Assembly: GCF_964355755.1 (NCBI RefSeq)
Contig: NC_092674.1
Location: 4,030,001-4,094,000, forward strand
Direction: 5' to 3'
Origin: Antedon mediterranea
Taxonomy: Eukaryota; Animalia; Echinodermata
Length of the DNA: 64,000 nucleotides
Positions 38,796-50,354 of the stretch are shown one piece after another (within the stretch, counting starts at the first letter, position 1; each line of letters begins with the position of its first letter). The notes beneath the pieces are model-generated. The model was not told the origin of the DNA and ran no database searches. It saw only the letters and a list, made by a program, of their open reading frames with translations. The position numbers were made by a program, and so were the translations under genes.

Positions 38796-41298
38796 AGAAA
38801 TAATCCTGAAATAAAAAAAAAACAAAATGACAAAAATGTTATACTGTATAGCGATTTTTCTTTGTCCCGTAAAATAGTAAGGTCGTTAAGGAACAGCGCA
38901 TAGCTAACCTATTGTCATTGACAACCGTATAAAATAATAAGTTGGTATTTATATAGAATTATGTCTCTGCAAACACGGTATACTTTCAACTGACGTTTCT
39001 AAAATTCTGAGATTGGCATACTGTGCACTGGATGTCCATTCTTTTCGTAAATACTGTTATCTAGACTATAGTATAAGAAATGGTAGTAAAGGCAAAATCC
39101 CGGGCAAAATATTGGGAACTTACGTAATACCAGGAGTGGAGAAACCCACGCAACTTATACCACCTACCGACCTACCTGGTAATTATAGATAGGCCTTATA
39201 AAGACACTTTCCGTTGCTGTTGTAGCTGACACCAAACTGCAAGTGCCAGCTCTTACGTTTCCAATAGCATACCATTACAATCGATGATAAGGACGCGTTC
39301 CCAGCAACATTACCTCTAGAAGAACTTACAATAAGACTTGCTTCATTACATTCTGAATCGACTTATCGAAATTGTTCGTAGCCTGGACTGTGTACGGCCT
39401 ATGTAGCAGAGACCATACAAGAAGAATCCGACCCCACGATGCAGCGATGCATGGACTTGACGTGTGAATCAATAGTGTCTAATGACATGCTTCAATGACC
39501 TCGTATAGAATAATGCTTAATGTTCATTGTTTGTCGGGACGATATCGATGATCAATTTAATTTAGATTACGTGTGGCTAGATATCGATACGGAACAGAAA
39601 TTGTCAATAGCGCCATCAAGGATACTCAATCTTGTAGTGTATTATCTAGAATCGATTAAATGCTAAAATGATCACCTACTATTTTACGAATATGTACAGT
39701 TGTCAGAAGTTTAGAATAACAGGGGTGGGGGGGGGGAGGGTTAGCTATTTTTCTGTTCCAGTTGGTTGAAGTTCGGTTCCCACGCATACGCAACGCAAAC
39801 GACATGAAACAACGTGGTTAGTTGACCAATCACAAGCGACAGAATCGTACCGTGAATACCTGCCATGAAGGATGATGTCATCTCCGCCAGGGCCGCAATA
39901 AACAACTAAAAATACCTGCCCTAAAGAAAGGGAGAATGGCAAATAATAAATGTCCTATTTCATCCGTCAGCGCAGGTAAACGGCTATGTACAGTGTGGAA
40001 TACAATACATGCAAATATTTGGTACACTTTAATTTCATGTGAAAATTAAATTAGCCTATAAAAAAATAGCTGTGGGATGGTCTGGGAAAGTGATACTGTA
40101 TAATAATAATACATTATACGTATAATATATGTGTGTGTAATAAATACTACATGGCCGGACCGCAAGTAAAATGCGATACATATGATGACGTAGTAGATAT
40201 CTAGGCATGGGTAGAAATCCCGGATTGGAGTAGAGGTTTAGATCTTTGAACTTTGCGGTTTGGCGTTTCATAGTATGCTTGATCTTCTCCATTGTCTCAT
40301 CGCTGTTGTTCACAATAGAATGAAAGCGGTCTTAAATTAACAAGGTTTTGGTGTGCTTATACAGGTGGTGGTATGGTACGTACTTTGTTTTACTAATAGA
40401 TTAATATTCAGGGACATATCGAAATCAAGTGAAGTTATTAGATTAAACAATTGTTTCAGTATACGTTTAAGTTACATGATACAGCATATATCTCTATGCA
40501 TACAGACAGTAAGTGGTTATTATACGGTATTACGCAGGCCTGTATTATACATGGTATTATACTATAGGCCTACTAAAAGCAAAGGCCTATACAGTATAAC
40601 AGAAACCTAAAATCATATTGTAAGCCTATAATAAGGCGGCCGTCAAGGCTATCCAGCCCAATTTTAATGCCAAAATATGTATGGATGGGCCTTTAACTGT
40701 ATGTACTGTATATAGAATAGGACATAACATGCAGTACCGAATATACGCTGCTCTTTTTCAATACCTAAAATAACGTCTATGGATTTTCCATACTGTGAAT
40801 CATCAACAATGGGTGTTGTGACTGATAACCATAACCTACAACCACTACAATAAATAATAGGCTTATTTGCACAGTTACTGTGGGAAAATAACGCGTTATA
40901 AAGAACCAAGGTGATGGATGTCTCTTCGTCTTATTTTTTTATGCAGGAAAAACAATGCATCTGCCCACAAAATACTCTAGAAAGTTACATTTAAAACACT
41001 CTGTTGCTTTACTATTACAGTAACACTAGTCGGTCGTAATTTGAACAGTTAATGTTTTTTTCTATATTTAATCTCGAATTTCCCTGCAAGAATACGTTTT
41101 CCCTATCTAATTATTCACAACGTAACAAATTAAAGTATTGTAAATATTCTTACCAAAATAAAAATTAGGCATATGCTGTAGGCAATGTCAATACACTGTT
41201 AGGTCTATAGTGTTATTATGTAGAGTATAACAATAACATTAGTGTTTTATGTAGATATTGGTGCCTTATTATGCAATTCATTCTTCTTCAGCCTCGAA

Positions 41299-43814
41299 AT
41301 GGCAAGTCGAGAAGACAAACTCAGTGATTTACTACTCGACTTTTCTAAACTTTATTGTGGAGGTGGTAAATACAAATGGTTAAAGTGTCTATTATTCAAT
41401 GCACTATCAGTTTCCACGTTGACAGATAGCACATCATCATTGGAATTGTTGCGAAATCTGAGAGAAGGTAGTAATATCTCATTTAATAATGTGGAGATTT
41501 TGTTAGAGATAGCTAACTTGACAGGGCTGGATGCTGCCATAAAGCTGGTTGAAAAATATAAGCAAAACACCACTGGATATAACGCCATTAGTGGTAAAAG
41601 GGTAATAATACTGTATCGCAGAAAACTGTTTGAGTGTCTTAGAGATGTTGGAGGATCCGAGTTACCTAGAATAGCTGCATTTTATACTGAAGATTCGAGT
41701 GATTATAAAGATATCTGGGATTTTGTGTTCTTTTTGGAGGTAGAGAAACGATTGGATAGTACACCAGAGAAAAGTAAAAGATTTGCTAAATTACTCAACC
41801 AGACAGCTGCATATAAATTAACAAAAGGTAAAATTGTACTACAATAATATGTTTTAAAAAAATTTTTAAAAAGCACTCATGTACATATTGTAGGCCTAAT
41901 TTTGTGGACTTTACAAATTAAATTCAAATTCATCATTAGGCCTAAGTTCAAAATGACAAATATGCACCTTTTTTTTCAAAACTCGGACATTAATATATAT
42001 AATTGCTATACAATCTTGATGGTATTACATTTACCATATCACTGCATTACAAGTATAATGTTTCATATGTGTAAAACGTTTATAAACAAAATCTTACATT
42101 GTGTTATAACCCACAGAATACGCAGATACTTTACCAGTGACTGCTGAGCCACAGAACATTTCATCGCCTTCAATACGAGGTATATACCAGACTCTTTTAT
42201 CTGTTAAGGCACTGAACAACATTCTCAAAAGGGATTTCACATTTAGTACTTTAGTGCCCTGTTTGACGACAAATACATGCTAGCGCTATGTTTGCCGTCA
42301 TAGATAGGCCTACCATTGTGTATCTTCATGAAACATCACATTTATCCTATAAAGAATATTATTAATATTTTTTAATTTTCAGAGGTTCTTCCCGGCACTG
42401 CAGCAGTCAAAAAGGAGCAATCAATATCAGCAGTAGTAAAGAAACCTACCGGTAAACTATTTTTCTGAATATTTTATAGATTGTTGTATGGTTGATTAAG
42501 TAGGCCTATGTAGGCCTAATCTTAAAATATAAAATCGTATGCGTTGTATTTAATCAACAGCATCAATTGATTTAAGCGTATAAAAATATTTAAAATGTTT
42601 TATTTACAGTTCCTTCAAGTACTGGCAACAGAAATTCAAAACCATGGACATCATCTGGAATCGGTATGTTTGGTTATTGCATTTGAATGCATTGAGAAAC
42701 CTTTATAAGATTTGCGACGACTTACAGTAGGACCTGAATTAGTTACGTCATGTGCATACATTGTGAGCATGCGTAGGACATTTGAATGTGTGGGTAGGTT
42801 TTGTAGGTCGTCGCAAATCGGAAGCTCCCATTGTCTATGGTTGGATTTGACGTAGATTTCTTCGAATAACAAACGGTAACATTACTTGGACATGAGTGCT
42901 GAACATTCTATAATATTGAAATGAAAGTGGAGTTGTGGCTTGGTGGTTATGATAACTTGGCTACCACTCCAAGGGTCCTGGGTTTAAGTCCCGTCACATG
43001 TAAGGATTTTTTCTGTGGACAAAATTACAACTCCACTCCCAAAGACTTTGTTTATGTAGAGCATCTTTTGTATGATTGTCTTGTGAACCTCTGAGGGTCC
43101 CTAATGATCAGCAATTGTTGGATGGATCACCCTCATTAAATATGGTAAAAAAAAATGTAATAATGTTACAGCATTAATTAAAAGTCATGTCACATTTTCA
43201 GTGTATAAGTAGACATATATCATTACTACAATCGGTTGTGCTATCATAAATATGCTGCTATATCTTTCTTCATTAAAGCACTACCCGAGAGCGACTATCT
43301 ACGACTACTTGTGAACGTGTCATCGTGGTGGACAAAACACAATAAAATAAATTTACTGAAATTTATCCTTTTAAAGTTCAAAAAGGACGTTGCTCTAACA
43401 GACATAGAGAAAACTGATGATCCGTTCGATTTGTTTGAGTTGCTTACAGCTCCTGGAATAATTGGCCCATCAAATGTTGATGTTTTGATGGAAGCCGTTG
43501 TAATCGGAAGGATGAAAGGTGTGGACGAGGAGAAGATCACAAAATTGATACCGACCTTTCCTGGATTCACTAACATAACAGTCCCAGCATCCTGGGATAA
43601 GCGACAAAAGTTGATCAGATTTGGGCTCAGGATAGGTAAAGCTGAACAAACCCGCATTGGACAGTTGTGTGGTGTGATGGTTAACAAGTTACCAGATGTT
43701 TGGGCGTTGATGTTTAAACTAGAGAATAAAGAATTATTCGATAGAAAAGTCACAGAATTAATTCAAAGATTAAATGACACTGGTATGGATAAGCTTGCAG
43801 CATTATTGGAATAG
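41299..43814 (+). CDS. Death-effector-domain-only protein, copy 1 (tandem DED - S/T/P linker - tandem DED). Exons 41299-41827, 42117-42179, 42383-42451, 42610-42663, 43279-43814
   Basis: DED-like patterns LLLDFS...WLKCLL...SLELLRNL...ISFNNVEILLEI, ILYRRKLFE...V...EL, DYLRLLVNVS...LLKFIL...FDLFELL...GIIGPSNVDVLME; all introns phase 1 GT-AG; same model holds in copy 2; domain call by eye only. Confidence 0.8.
42927..43155 (+). mobile_element. tRNA-derived SINE (family A), full length, in intron 4 of DED copy 1
   Basis: A box TGGCTTGGTGG, B box GGTTTAAGTCC, A-tail; absent at the paralogous site near 49712. Confidence 0.85.
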
Positions 43815-44755
43815 AAACTATGGAGAGACAAATAAATAATTTCATGCAATATATCATTATTTTACCAAAATTGTACTTAAATTTTGCTTTTATTATGCTA
43901 CACTCATCACGCAAAATAGCAAAATTCATGAACGTAAACGTGGAGTTTTATTGAAAACCGGGGCCATTCATTTTTAAAGATTAGTAGTTAGATTTAGTCA
44001 AAAGCGTTTTACCAACAAAGTTAATCTTGTAAAAAATAAAGCATTTAAGAAGTGCGTTTTTAAGAATATTGTTGTGTAAATAACATACATACTGAATTAA
44101 CATGTTTTATTATAATGATCAGTTCAAAGAAGGGAAAAGGGAAATAATGCGTTTGAAAGCTACATGAGTTCTACCGTTATGTGTTTGTATGTGTGTACGA
44201 ATATTTTCTTGTTGAAGAAATGTAAGTTCCCACACAAGACTAGAAAAAAGAAAGACGTGTGTTGCATGTCATCAACAGCGGCAAACACGTACATGACATG
44301 ATAGGCAAGGAGTTGTTTTACAAAATAAGAAACAATATGACTTTCGTAGAATTACGCATGCAGATAAACTTTTTATACCTCGATAATGAGACAGAGCATG
44401 CTCAATAGTAACTCAAGATTCGGAAATAATTTATGACTAAAAAAAGTAAGCCTACTATTCCGTATGTTTGTTTCCATTATAAGATGTTTATGTGTACCAA
44501 AATTGTCGCCTGTTATTCATTGTTTTTCTTTTTCACTTCACTTTTTATGCTTTCATGCTAGCTAAGAATAACTTTATTCCATGACGTATGTGAAGAAACT
44601 ATTTCAATTTCAATCTATTACTTGTATATACTTATAATAAAAACATGAAAACAATATACATTTTTCGTGTCCTTTTTTCTAAGCATTTTCACTTTCTTTG
44701 TCAGAATGAATTTCGGTAGCCTACATATGATGATATTATAAAAAGTAGGCCTAAA

Positions 44756-46508
44756 CACGGGCGCGGATTTAGGCAGCACCCATCCCCCCCCCCCACCACT
44801 AAATTTCAACAGACTTGCCTTTTTTAGATAATGACTTATCTGCAACCCGACGGATCGTTTTTATCATTTATATAATATACCCCGACGCTACACACACAGT
44901 GATGGCGCCTTCTTCGGGGAGTATTGAGTAATTTGACCATATTTGTCGGGGAGAAAAATAAGATTATTTATTTTCTAGTAAAAAAAACATATTAAGTGTA
45001 CTACTCTATATTTTAAGTAGGCCTAACTGCGGCATTCCATTTTTGACGTACGTTCGAAGGGGGTGTCACGAAACCTAAGACCACGAAAGCTAAGAACCCC
45101 TAAGACCTAAGATCACGAAAGCTAAGACCCAAGACCTAAGATTACAAATATTTATCTTTCGCACCTGCCTTGTATTTTAACTCCCAACATTTATTCTGAA
45201 TACCACACCTTAGAATTGGCACTTTCATGAAAAAGAATCACATAAAAAGTAACAAATACATTTTTAAATTGATGATTTTACAGACGTTTTTCTCGCACAC
45301 AAAATGACTAGCCTACAGCACACTAGAACTAGGCCTACCCCATGTTATGATAAGTTTTTTTGTTTCGTTTTCTTTCTGTTTTTATACTTGTACTATTATT
45401 GTTGCTCTTTTGGCGCTCCATAGAAACAAAAAATATTGAGCATGGGGAGCTCGAGGAGTTACATTACAGTATAAAAAGAAACACGTCTGTAAAATCATCA
45501 ATTTAAAGGATTTATTTATTTGTTATTATGTGTTTCTCCTTCTGAAAGTACTTATAAGTCCTAATTTTAAAGTGTGGTATTCAGGATAAAGTTAGTCAAC
45601 AAATTTGGAGTCAAAATACAAGAAAGGCAGGTGCGTAAGAAAAACATCCTCTGAACCAACACATTGGAGTAAATATATACCAACAAACAACCCGTCAAGT
45701 TTGTTTGTTGTAAAGAAAAAATATACATTTACTCAACGGGCGAAAATAATGTGAGTTTATCTATGTTTTGCGGTAGTATTAAATTATATTTATGGTAATA
45801 AATGAAACCTACTGTGTTTAAAATTATGTATGGATAAACAAGTATTGTTTTTAAGCTGTATAGTATATCTTAGAATTTGTAATCTTAGGTCTTGGGTCTT
45901 AGCTTTCGTGATCTTAGGTCTTAGGGGGTCTTAGCTTTCGTGGTCTTAGGTTTCGTGACACCCCGTTCGAAGGCTATACACTTTATGCATGCTGACTGTT
46001 AGCGAAGTAAACAGTATGTGGTACGCATTTGTCTGGCGGTGTCTCTTTGTACGAATCATTCATGACCCGGCCGGTTCACTGACTGCGGTATACTCGTGGA
46101 CATATCTGGGCTGTATCATATTACATCCAGGGACCAAAATGTGTATTTTCCAGATTCCAGGTGAAAATCGGAAATTCATTTGCAAATACACATCAACGTA
46201 CGTTCATACAGGGAAAGGTACGAGTTATGTTCTCACGGTTGAGTTTACGAATTGTTTCAATTTACGAATAACCATGTGTACGGCGTATATGTTCGCTGTC
46301 GAGGGGTTTGGGTGGGGGTTCGAGTGGGGGAAAGGAAGCGGTTGGCCCGAACCATAAAACACGGTCTGGTCACGTTTCTTTTTCGCGCATAAAGATATAA
46401 AGTAAAATAAAATTATCCTTAAATGTCTAATATCGTCGTAACTGTTAAAATTTGCAGGGGCTTCGCCCTCGTACCAAAAGCTAATTTATAATGCTGGATC
46501 CGCCCCTG
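44756..46508. mobile_element. Degenerate hAT-like non-autonomous element (paralogous copy 51310-52204)
   Basis: Ends CACGGGCGCGGATTTAGG / GCTGGATCCGCCCCTG; internal blocks GTACGCA.TTGTCTGGCGGT and CATCCAGGGACCAAAATGTGT shared with 8950-9065. Confidence 0.6.
45061..45963. mobile_element. Foldback/Mutator-like non-autonomous element with long repeat-containing TIRs
   Basis: About 90-bp TIR GGGTGTCACGAAACCTAAGACC... made of CTAAGA repeats; inner inverted repeat 45157-45292 vs 45477-45640; direct repeat CGTTCGAAGG on both sides; empty site at about 51615. Confidence 0.9.
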
Positions 46509-47751
46509 TGTACAGTGTTTACGAGCTCTGAAATCCCGACTAGACATTGCTGATTTGATGATGCTTGAATATGTCTAGGCCTAAGGTTTATGTTTAACCC
46601 TTCGTAAATGTGAATAATGTTGCGTTTAAACCACCTCATTTTAATACACCACATTGTGAGGTTATTTGTATCTCATCTCGCATCGCATAATATAATCGAT
46701 CGAATATTATATAATTATTCTTTACTTATTATTATATTTTGTTGTTATTGTGGTAGCACTGTAATGCTTTATTTATTTATTATATCTTCTCAGTTTCGAT
46801 TCGCAACGTATAAAAATCGATGTGCCTTGGCGTGTCATACGTTAGTATAATTGAACTTTCCGGAAATCGTTTGGCGTTTCATAGTAAGCTTGATCGTCTC
46901 GATTGTCTCTTGGCTGTTTTTCACAATAGAATGAAAGCGGCACAGTATATAGGTTTTGGCATGGTTTTGGTGCTGGGACAGGTGGTTGCATGTTACGTAC
47001 CTCGACGTTTTGCTAATAGATTGAAATACAGGGACATATCAAGATCAAGTGAAATTTATTCGATTATTATAGTTTTCTAAGTTTGTAAGTTTTTAGATTA
47101 GAAACCTAATTACGGATATACTACAAATAGGCTAAAGTAGGAAAATCAAGTTAGCTTACATAAAATTGTCCAAGTTCAAGCTTACTTTACTTACTACACT
47201 GTAATATCCACACCCTAAATAGCCTATAGGCCTTTTATATGCCAAAATACATGCAAATTCCGTGCGTTTTTACTATTATAGGCCTAATACAAGCTCAATG
47301 ATTTTATGTGAACTGTTTATTTATGGCTATATATGGGGCTAGGCCAATGTATTCAAGTGATTAATTCCATTGATCGTTCCGAATGTGCCTACCTAAAATA
47401 AGGTCGTTGGACTTTCCATACGTGAATCATCTGGTGGGCAGACGATAAAAATAATATGATGATAATCACAGAGTCGATAAACGTGATGTGATGTTGTTTG
47501 TCTTCGTATTTTAAAAGCTGGAACAAATCCTTCTATTATTTTCACCATAGACAAACAAAACACTCCAGTAACGTACAATTTGACAGCATGATTGCGAGTG
47601 ATATAAATTGTGTTTTTTTAAACATAATATGCAACTTGTTTTACTCCAGCACATTATCGGTCGTGTAATTCGAACATTTCGTTTTTTTAAATAGGCTTCG
47701 AGTATTTTGCCTCAAATTTCCCTGCGAGACATTTTCCATAGGCCTATCATA

Positions 47752-47929
47752 TACCCCTTTCACACCAAAACACCGGGGTGTCCCCGCAGTTCGCTCTCCG
47801 GAGAATGTTTAGCTGTTGAACCCCGCAGTTTTAAACTCCGGAGTTGCTTGATTTTACCTTTCACACCAAAACACCGGGGCGTCAACTCCGGAGTGTCTCC
47901 GGAGTTTTGCTTTTGGTGTGAAAGGGGTA
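47752..47929. mobile_element. MITE, PIF/Harbinger-like
   Basis: Perfect TIR TACCCCTTTCACACCAAAA / TTTTGGTGTGAAAGGGGTA with an internal third TIR copy; absent from unit 1 near 41105. Confidence 0.85.
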
Positions 47930-48072
47930 CTATTAATTCACATACAGTGACAATAATTGTTAATTTTGATTGTTACGTTAACGTAACAAAATTGATGTTA
48001 AACAAACTGTTTAATATCCCGAGATATTGTAGGTCTATTTATGTATGCACTTGTTATTCTTCAGTCTCTAAA

Positions 48073-50354
48073 ATGGCGAGTCAAGAAGATAGATTCGAGG
48101 ATTTACTAGACGAATTTAGTAGACATTTTTCTGGAGGCAAATGCAAATGGTTAAGGTGTCTTTTATACAATACACTAAGTGTTTCCACGTTGACAAAAAG
48201 CACAACAGCATTACAATTACTTTCAAAATTGCACAGTCAAGTTAAAGGTCATATCTCCTCTAATAATGTGGAAATTTTGTTAGAGATAGCTGAATTGACA
48301 GGGCTGGATGCTGCCATAAGGCTGGTTGAAAAATATAAGCGAAATACCGCTGGATATAACGCCACCAGAGGTCAAAGGTTAACACTGTATCGTCAAAAAC
48401 TGTTTGAGTCACTTAGAGAAGTTGGAGGACCAGAGTTACCTAGAATTGCTGCATTTTATAGTGAAGATTCCAGTGATCATATTGATATTTGGGATTTTGT
48501 GTTCTTTCTGGAGGTAGGAAAGCGATTGGATAGTACACCAGAGAAAACTAAAAGATTTGCTAAATTACTCAACCCGACAGCTGCACACATATTAACAGAA
48601 GGTAAAATTGTTCTTCAATATTATTTAAAAATGTTTTTAAAAAAATACTAACATTCATGGCTTTTATATAATGTCTGTATAACCTACATATAATTTTGTG
48701 GGCTTTACAAATTAGTTTAAAATGACGAATATGCACTTTTTTTTTCAAAACTCGGACATTAATATAATTGCTATACAATCTTGATGATATTACGTTTATC
48801 ATATCATTGCATTACAAGTATAATGTTGCATATGTGTAAAACGTTTATAAACAAAATCTTACATTGTGTTATATCCCACAGAATATGCAAATACTTTACC
48901 AGAGACTGGTGAGCCACAGAACATTCCATCATCTTCTATACAAGGTATATACCAGATACTCTTTTATCTGTTAAGGCACTGAACAACATTCTCAAAAGGG
49001 ATTTCATATTTAGTACTTTAGTGCCCTGTTTGACGACAAAGACATGCTAGCGCTATGTTCGTCGTCATAGATAGGCCTACCATTGTGTATCTTCATGAAA
49101 CATCACATTTATCCTATAAAGAATATTATTAATATTTTTTAATTTTCAGAGGTTCTTCCCGGCACTGCAGCAGTCAAAAAGGAGCAATCAACATCAGCAG
49201 TAGTAAGGAAACCTACAGGTAAACTATTTTTCTGAATATTTTATAGATTGTTATATGGTTGATTATGTAGGCCTAATCTTAAAATATAAAATCGTATGCG
49301 TTGTATTTAATCAACAGCATCAATTGATTTAAGCGTATAAAAATATTTAAAATGTTTTATTTACAGTTCCTTCAAGTACTGGCAACAGAAATTCAAAACC
49401 ATGGACATCATCTGGTATCGGTATGTTTGGTTATTGTATTTTGAATGCATTGAGAAACCTTTATAAGATTTGCGACGACTTACAGTAGGACCTGAATTAG
49501 TTACGTCATGTAAATTCATTGTGAGCATGCGTAGGACATTTGAATGTGCTTCCTCTATTCTTCGACACCATTTGGGGGGGGGGGGGGAAGGTTTTCTAGG
49601 TCGTCGCAAATCGAAAGCTCCCATTGTCTCTGGTGAGGATTTGACGTAGATTTCTTCGAATAAAAAACGGTAACATTACTTTGACAGTGCTGAACATTCA
49701 ATACTATTGAAATGTAATGTCAAATCACATTTGCAATGTGTACTTAGGCATAGACACAATTTCTGATCATAGATAAAATATTTTGTTCCTATAACATGTT
49801 TTTTCTTCCTTACAGCACTATCCAAGAGTGACTATCGAAAACTACTTGTGGAAGTAGCATCGTGGTGGGAAGAACACGAAAAAATACATTTACTAAAATT
49901 TATCATTTTCAAGTTTAAGTGCGTTGCTCTAACAGACATAGAGAACACTGATGATGCATTCGAACTCCTTGAGTTGCTTACAGCTCCTGGAATAATTAGT
50001 CCATCAAATGTTGATGTTTTGATGGAAGCCGTTGTAATCGGAGAAATGGGAGGTGTGGACGAGGAAAGGATAACAAAATTGATACCGACCTTTCCTGGAT
50101 TCAGTAACATAACAGTCCCTGCACGCCGCTGGGATAAACGACAAAAGTTGATCAAATTTGGGCGTGGGATAAGTAAAGATGAACAATCCGAAATTGCAAA
50201 ATTATATGGACTGAAGACTAAGAAGTTAAACGATGTCTGGGATTTCATGTTAAAACTAGAAAAGAAAGAATTATTCGATGGAGAAATTATAGAATTCGTT
50301 CAAACACTTAAGGACAATAAAATGAAAAAACATGCAACTACATTATTGGGATAG
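48073..50354 (+). CDS. Death-effector-domain-only protein, copy 2. Exons 48073-48601, 48882-48944, 49150-49218, 49367-49420, 49816-50354
   Basis: Paralog of 41299-43814 with identical linker exon lengths (63, 69, 54 bp) and open frame; starts MASQEDRFEDLLDEFS. Confidence 0.8.

Noticed and set aside
43295-43753. Antisense ORFs over the DED last exons (also 49832-50248)
   Set aside because: Shadow frames of the real coding strand, with no recognisable features
45989-46357. ORFs within the duplicated flank (also 44618-44845, 51172-51405, 51607-52176)
   Set aside because: Lie in transposon-derived sequence; frames differ or shift between paralogous copies, or similarity merely reflects recent duplication
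47707-48072. N-terminal extension of the 314-aa ORF
   Set aside because: Runs through a MITE and intron; acceptor at 48064 and the paralog support ATG 48073
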